Source: an uncultured SAR86 cluster bacterium
Lineage (GTDB): Bacteria; Pseudomonadota; Gammaproteobacteria; Magnimaribacterales; AG-339-G14
DNA length: 64,000 bases
Assembly (NCBI GenBank): GCA_902514765.1
Contig: CABXSA010000002.1
Location: forward strand, 17,249-81,248
Direction of reading: 5' to 3'
The notes under the pieces are model-generated. The model saw nothing but the letters and a program-made list of their open reading frames with translations. It made no database searches and was not told the DNA's origin. Positions 60,447 through 64,000 of the stretch are shown here, one piece after another (position 1 is the stretch's first letter; each line of letters opens with the position of its first letter). A program made the position numbers and the translations under genes.

Positions 60447-60894
60447 TGGTAGCCCCTAATAAATTTGAGGATAAATAATCCCCTTTCAAAATTTGATAAA
60501 TTTGTCCTTGTGATACTAAAGAAATTTCTTCGTCAGATACTTCTTTAAGTTCTCCCTTTAATTTGCATTTTTTTCCATCTAAAAAACAAGACAGGTTAAT
60601 TGTTTCGCCTAAATAGTCTTTAAGCTGATTAATGTTGAAAAACTTTCGATCAATTCCGGGTGATGAAATTTCTAAACTAAAATTAAAATTCAATTCTGAG
60701 AAATTATCCAAAACTTCTCGCGCCTGAATATTCACATTCTCGCAATCTTTTAAAGATATCAGATCATCCTTTTTATCGATGAAAATAATTATATGCTTTG
60801 AAAAAGAGCCGCCTGAAATTTCTATCCCCCAAATGAAACAACCTAGGCTTTCAATATCCTTTTTTAATATGTCAGTAATCTTTTGTTCTAGCAT
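60439..60894 (-). CDS. rimP: Ribosome maturation factor RimP
   Basis: The track ORF begins at a TTG (60912). I prefer the ATG at 60894 (MLEQKITDILKK...), which gives 151 aa, a typical RimP length. Lies upstream of nusA. Confidence 0.88.
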   Translation of the reverse strand: MLEQKITDILKKDIESLGCFIWGIEISGGSFSKHIIIFIDKKDDLISLKDCENVNIQAREVLDNFSELNFNFSLEISSPGIDRKFFNINQLKDYLGETINLSCFLDGKKCKLKGELKEVSDEEISLVSQGQIYQILKGDYLSSNLLGATNE

Positions 60895-60911
60895 TTTTCT
60901 TTTACATAACA

Positions 60912-60933
60912 AATAGGCCCTAAAGGGCCTATT
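60912..60933 (-). promoter_or_regulatory. GC-cored stem-loop in the rimP 5' leader (possible attenuator/terminator after tRNA-fMet, or a processing site)
   Basis: The minus strand reads AATAGGCCC-TTTA-GGGCCTATT, a perfect 9-bp stem, followed by TGTTATGT. It is the only GC-rich hairpin seen in any intergenic region of the window. Confidence 0.4.
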
Positions 60934-60979
60934 AAAAATTCTTAACTAATAAGTTAGTCAAATCAATAATTTGAAAGCG

Positions 60980-61008
60980 AGTATAGGAGTATAGAGAAGA
61001 ATGGTCAA
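60980..61008 (-). promoter_or_regulatory. Candidate sigma70 promoter for rimP-nusA-infB (TTGACC-17-TATACT)
   Basis: The minus strand reads TTGACC attcttctctatactcc TATACT cgc. It lies between the tRNA-fMet 3' end and rimP. The hexamers and the following CGC are identical to those of the promoter upstream of tRNA-fMet. Confidence 0.45.
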
Positions 61009-61020
61009 TAGTTGTCTAAA

Positions 61021-61098
<78 letters not shown>

Positions 61099-61109
61099 AA
61101 AAGCTTGGC

Positions 61110-61138
61110 GAGTATAGGATTAAGTTCTAAATAGGTCA
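61110..61138 (-). promoter_or_regulatory. Candidate sigma70 promoter for tRNA-fMet (TTGACC-17-TATACT)
   Basis: The minus strand reads TTGACC tatttagaacttaatcc TATACT, ending 12 nt before the tRNA 5' end. It lies in the 47-nt spacer between tRNA-Leu and tRNA-fMet. Confidence 0.5.
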
Positions 61139-61144
61139 AGTTAA

Positions 61145-61231
61145 TGGTGCCGAAGAGAGGATTTGAACCTCCACGGACCTAAGTCCACTACCCCCTCAAG
61201 ATAGCGTGTCTACCAATTCCACCACTTCGGC
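61145..61231 (-). tRNA. leuU: tRNA-Leu (anticodon GAG), class II with long variable arm
   Basis: The minus strand reads GCCGAAGTGGTGGAATTGGTAGACACGCTATCTTGAGGGGGTAGTGGACTTAGGTCCGTGGAGGTTCAAATCCTCTCTTCGGCACCA. The anticodon loop TTGAGGG gives GAG. It lies 2 nt downstream of secG, like E. coli secG-leuU. Confidence 0.93.
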
Positions 61232-61233
61232 AA

Positions 61234-61551
61234 TTACTCAGGGAGATCTTCAATTAAAGATTTTTCTTCTATGATTTCCTGAGACTGTGAATTTTTAAAG
61301 ACCTCTAACTCAGAATCTAAAGAAGTTTTTTGATAAGCTGAAATTGCAATAGTAATTGAAAAAAAAGCAATAACTAAACCCCAAGTTATTTTAGTCAAGA
61401 TATTTGTAGCATCAGCAGGAGCAAACATCGCATTGTTGTTTCCACCTCCAAAAGCGGAACCAATGTCTGCACCTTTACCGTGTTGCAGTAAAATTATTAC
61501 TACTAAGGAAATGGCTATCAATACCTGTAAAACTATAAATACTGTAATCAT
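61234..61551 (-). CDS. secG: Protein-export membrane protein SecG
   Basis: 105 aa. VVIILLQHGKGADIGSAFGGG motif. Confidence 0.92.
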   Translation of the reverse strand: MITVFIVLQVLIAISLVVIILLQHGKGADIGSAFGGGNNNAMFAPADATNILTKITWGLVIAFFSITIAISAYQKTSLDSELEVFKNSQSQEIIEEKSLIEDLPE

Positions 61552-62300
61552 TATTTAATTTTCGAAGCGATAATAGCAAATTGTTCGCCGTCAAGCGAAG
61601 AATTTCCTACAAGGCAGCCATCAATCCCAGGGATAGAAATTATTTCTTCAATATTGTCTTTAGAGACACTTCCACCATACAAAACAGGACAATCAATCTT
61701 CTTCTCTTCAAAAAAATCTAAAATAATGGATACTGCTGAAGCAATATTTTCTGAATCTGCTTCTTTTCCGGAACCAATAGCCCATATTGGTTCATACGCT
61801 AAAAGATCGGGTGATAAGTTGTCTTTGCAGAAAGTCTGCAGTTGATTTAATAGAAAAGATTTTTTTTGATTATTTTCTAGAATTTTTAAACCTTCTCCAA
61901 TACAAAAAATATTCGATAATCCTTGTTCGTTTAATCTAAAACCTTTTTCAAAAACAATATTTTCTGTATCACCATTTTCTCTTAACTCTGAGTGACCAAT
62001 AACAGAACCTTCGACTTCTATTTTTTTTAAAAATTTAGATGAAATCTGTCCAGTGAATGCTCCTTCATCGTATTGAGAAACATCCTGAGCAAAGAGTGAA
62101 ACTTTATTAAAGATTTCATTTTTTGAATTTTGTATTTTTTCTGAAAAAACATTGTAATCATACAAATTTAGACAAACTATTAATTTTACTTCATCAGATT
62201 TTGGAAAATTATTTTGAGAACTAACAACCTTCACAAATTCCTGTTCCCAAATGTCTATATCAACTGAATTCATTTTCCAGTTAGCTATTAGATATTTCAT
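61551..62300 (-). CDS. tpiA: Triosephosphate isomerase
   Basis: 249 aa. ANWKMN, IGHSE and AYEPIWAIGSG motifs. Confidence 0.95.
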   Translation of the reverse strand: MKYLIANWKMNSVDIDIWEQEFVKVVSSQNNFPKSDEVKLIVCLNLYDYNVFSEKIQNSKNEIFNKVSLFAQDVSQYDEGAFTGQISSKFLKKIEVEGSVIGHSELRENGDTENIVFEKGFRLNEQGLSNIFCIGEGLKILENNQKKSFLLNQLQTFCKDNLSPDLLAYEPIWAIGSGKEADSENIASAVSIILDFFEEKKIDCPVLYGGSVSKDNIEEIISIPGIDGCLVGNSSLDGEQFAIIASKIK

Positions 62301-62306
62301 GAATAG

Positions 62307-63665
62307 TTAGGTTAAATCTTTAGCAAGAGCAGTGAGTTGCTTGCTATGAATTTCCGTTACTTTAGAGTCTTTGGCTTCCACTAAAATTCTTAATAAAGAC
62401 TCGGTTCCTGATTTTCTCACTAAAATTTTACCGTCAAATTCTGAGATTTCTTTTTGGACTTTTTCACAAGAATTTTTAAATTTTTTATTAGCCATAATAC
62501 TCTCAGGATTAGCAACTTCAATGTTTGTGAGGATTTGCGGATATTTCTTAAAAGAAGCCAGAATTTCATTTAATGGCTTTCCAAAGGTAAGAAAAGCTTC
62601 AAAAAATTTGATAGCAGCAATAATTGCATCGCCCGTTGCTACGCTATCTAAACAAATAATATGTCCAGATTGTTCTCCACCAAGCTGCCAACCAAGTTCT
62701 AAGAGCTTTTCCAATACGTACTTATCTCCAACTTTGGATCTTACTAATTCAATACCCATTTCAGATAAAGCATTTTCTAAACCCTTGTTTGTCATGTCTG
62801 TTCCAACAACTCCTTTGGATCCTAGAATAATCTGATTTTCAAATTTAAATTTTGCTAATAAAAATAAAATATCATCTCCATCCAAAGCCTTTGCCTCTGA
62901 GTCGACTATGATCAATCTGTCGCCATCGCCGTCAAAGGCAATTCCAAAATCAGCGTTATTATCTAGCACGGCTTTTTTTAAAACATTTAAATCAGTTGAT
63001 CCACAATTTTGATTAATATTTAGACCATTTGGATCATCTGAAATTGCAACTACTTCAGCTCCTAACTCTCTAAAAACTTTTGGGGCGACATCATATGCTG
63101 CGCCATTAGCTGTATCGATAACAATTTTTAAATCGTTCAAACTAATTTCTTTAGATAAGGAGTTTTTGCAGTATTCTATATAACGACCGCTGGCATCAGA
63201 TAATCTAGCAGCTTTTCCTAAGTTTTCCGGTTCAACGACTTTAATAGGCTCTGAAATTTTTTGTTCAATCGAAAGTTCTAATTCATCTGATATTTTTTGT
63301 CCTTTATCGTCAAAAAACTTAATTCCATTATCTTCGTAAGAATTGTGAGATGCGCTTATGACGATTCCTGCCTGACTTTTAAAAGTACTGACTAAATAAG
63401 ATATTGCAGGAGTAGGTAATGGACCTACTAAGCGCACATTCAAGCCTGAAGAAATTATTCCTGCTTGGAGTGCAGCTTCCAGCATATAACCTGAAATTCT
63501 AGTATCTTTGCCAATAATAAATGATGATATTCCCTGATCCTTGAAAACTTCTCCAGCTGCCCACCCTAGTTTCAGGATGAAATCTGGACTGGTCTTAGAA
63601 GAAATCGGGCCTCTGATGCCATCAGTGCCAAAGAATTTCTTTTTTGCGTTTATTATTTTGGCCAT
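62307..63665 (-). CDS. glmM: Phosphoglucosamine mutase
   Basis: 452 aa. FGTDGIRG, active-site SASHN, and DGDGDR metal loop. Confidence 0.96.
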   Translation of the reverse strand: MAKIINAKKKFFGTDGIRGPISSKTSPDFILKLGWAAGEVFKDQGISSFIIGKDTRISGYMLEAALQAGIISSGLNVRLVGPLPTPAISYLVSTFKSQAGIVISASHNSYEDNGIKFFDDKGQKISDELELSIEQKISEPIKVVEPENLGKAARLSDASGRYIEYCKNSLSKEISLNDLKIVIDTANGAAYDVAPKVFRELGAEVVAISDDPNGLNINQNCGSTDLNVLKKAVLDNNADFGIAFDGDGDRLIIVDSEAKALDGDDILFLLAKFKFENQIILGSKGVVGTDMTNKGLENALSEMGIELVRSKVGDKYVLEKLLELGWQLGGEQSGHIICLDSVATGDAIIAAIKFFEAFLTFGKPLNEILASFKKYPQILTNIEVANPESIMANKKFKNSCEKVQKEISEFDGKILVRKSGTESLLRILVEAKDSKVTEIHSKQLTALAKDLT

Positions 63666-64000
63666 ATAGTTCTCAATAAATTAACGGTTTCTTTAACTTG
63701 ATGAACTCTTAAAATATTTGCCCCACCTAGAGAAGCTATTATACCAGCAGTTAAGCTTTGTTCGTTTAGATGATTTTCCTTTGTATCAAAAAGTAGTTTC
63801 AAAAATTTCTTTTGCGACAAGCCAGCTAACAAAAATCTATCTTTTTTTATTTTCTCTAAATTAGATAATATTTGTAAGTTCTGAAAAGGTGTTTTTCCGT
63901 ACCCAAAACCAGGATCAAAAATCAAGTTTTTCACATTAAAGTTTCCTTTCTTAAATTTGACTTCGATTACAGAGAAAAAATGTTCAATTTGATCAAATAT
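63653..64000 (-). CDS. folP: Dihydropteroate synthase, C-terminal part; gene runs off the window end
   Basis: The frame stays open from 64000 with no stop (hand translation IFDQIEHFFSVIEVKFKKGNFNVKNLIFDPGFGYGKT...GANILRVHQVKE). The DPGFGFGK and RVHDV-like motifs match DHPS. folP-glmM order as in E. coli. Confidence 0.85.
   Translation of the reverse strand: MFDQIEHFFSVIEVKFKKGNFNVKNLIFDPGFGYGKTPFQNLQILSNLEKIKKDRFLLAGLSQKKFLKLLFDTKENHLNEQSLTAGIIASLGGANILRVHQVKETVNLLRTIWPK

Overview
AT-rich (roughly 30% GC by eye), very compact chromosomal segment, about 97% coding. Most gene junctions are overlaps or gaps of 20 nt or less. It is almost entirely housekeeping genes arranged in synteny blocks typical of Pseudomonas-like Gammaproteobacteria. 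That fits a genome-streamlined marine gammaproteobacterium (SAR86-like is a guess I cannot verify).

Blocks in window order:
- pyrG-kdsA (kdsA runs off the left edge), and dnaB-alr plus an appended diiron protein
- rpsF-rpsR-rplI
- a complete 15-gene dcw cluster (mraZ to ddl) in a non-canonical order
- RNase P RNA, then rsmI divergent from an LpoA-like gene
- rplM-rpsI-petABC-sspA and a DegS-like protease without a PDZ domain
- mlaC-murA-hisG-hisD divergent from kdsD, an lptC-like gene and lptB
- mreBCD divergent from gatCAB
- prfA-prmC-moeB followed by a GH84 glycosidase, an acyl-CoA ligase and a MaoC dehydratase
- a lolB-like gene, then ispE-tRNA(Gln)-prs-rplY-pth-ychF-tRNA(Met)
- folP-glmM-tpiA-secG-tRNA(Leu)-tRNA(fMet)-rimP-nusA-infB-rbfA-truB-rpsO-pnp plus a small lipoprotein (folP runs off the right edge)

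I found no rRNA, CRISPR array, transposase, integrase, phage gene, toxin-antitoxin pair or recognisable defence gene. There is no unexplained non-coding stretch longer than about 120 nt.

I do not see convincing evidence for a discrete, previously undescribed multi-gene system here. The observations most worth a second look are:
- ftsQ/A/Z relocated between ftsL and ftsI
- a ribosomal protein S6 carrying a roughly 180-aa acidic tandem-repeat tail
- a signal-less GH84 (O-GlcNAcase-like) gene sitting where murI is expected
- four 10-bp AAAAGTGTG-type direct repeats in front of mraZ
- a collapsed mla/lpt locus
- twin identical promoters flanking tRNA(fMet)

CDS coordinates follow the supplied ORF track, except where a start was moved for a stated reason. 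Coordinates of hand-located RNA and regulatory features are good to about +/-3 nt.
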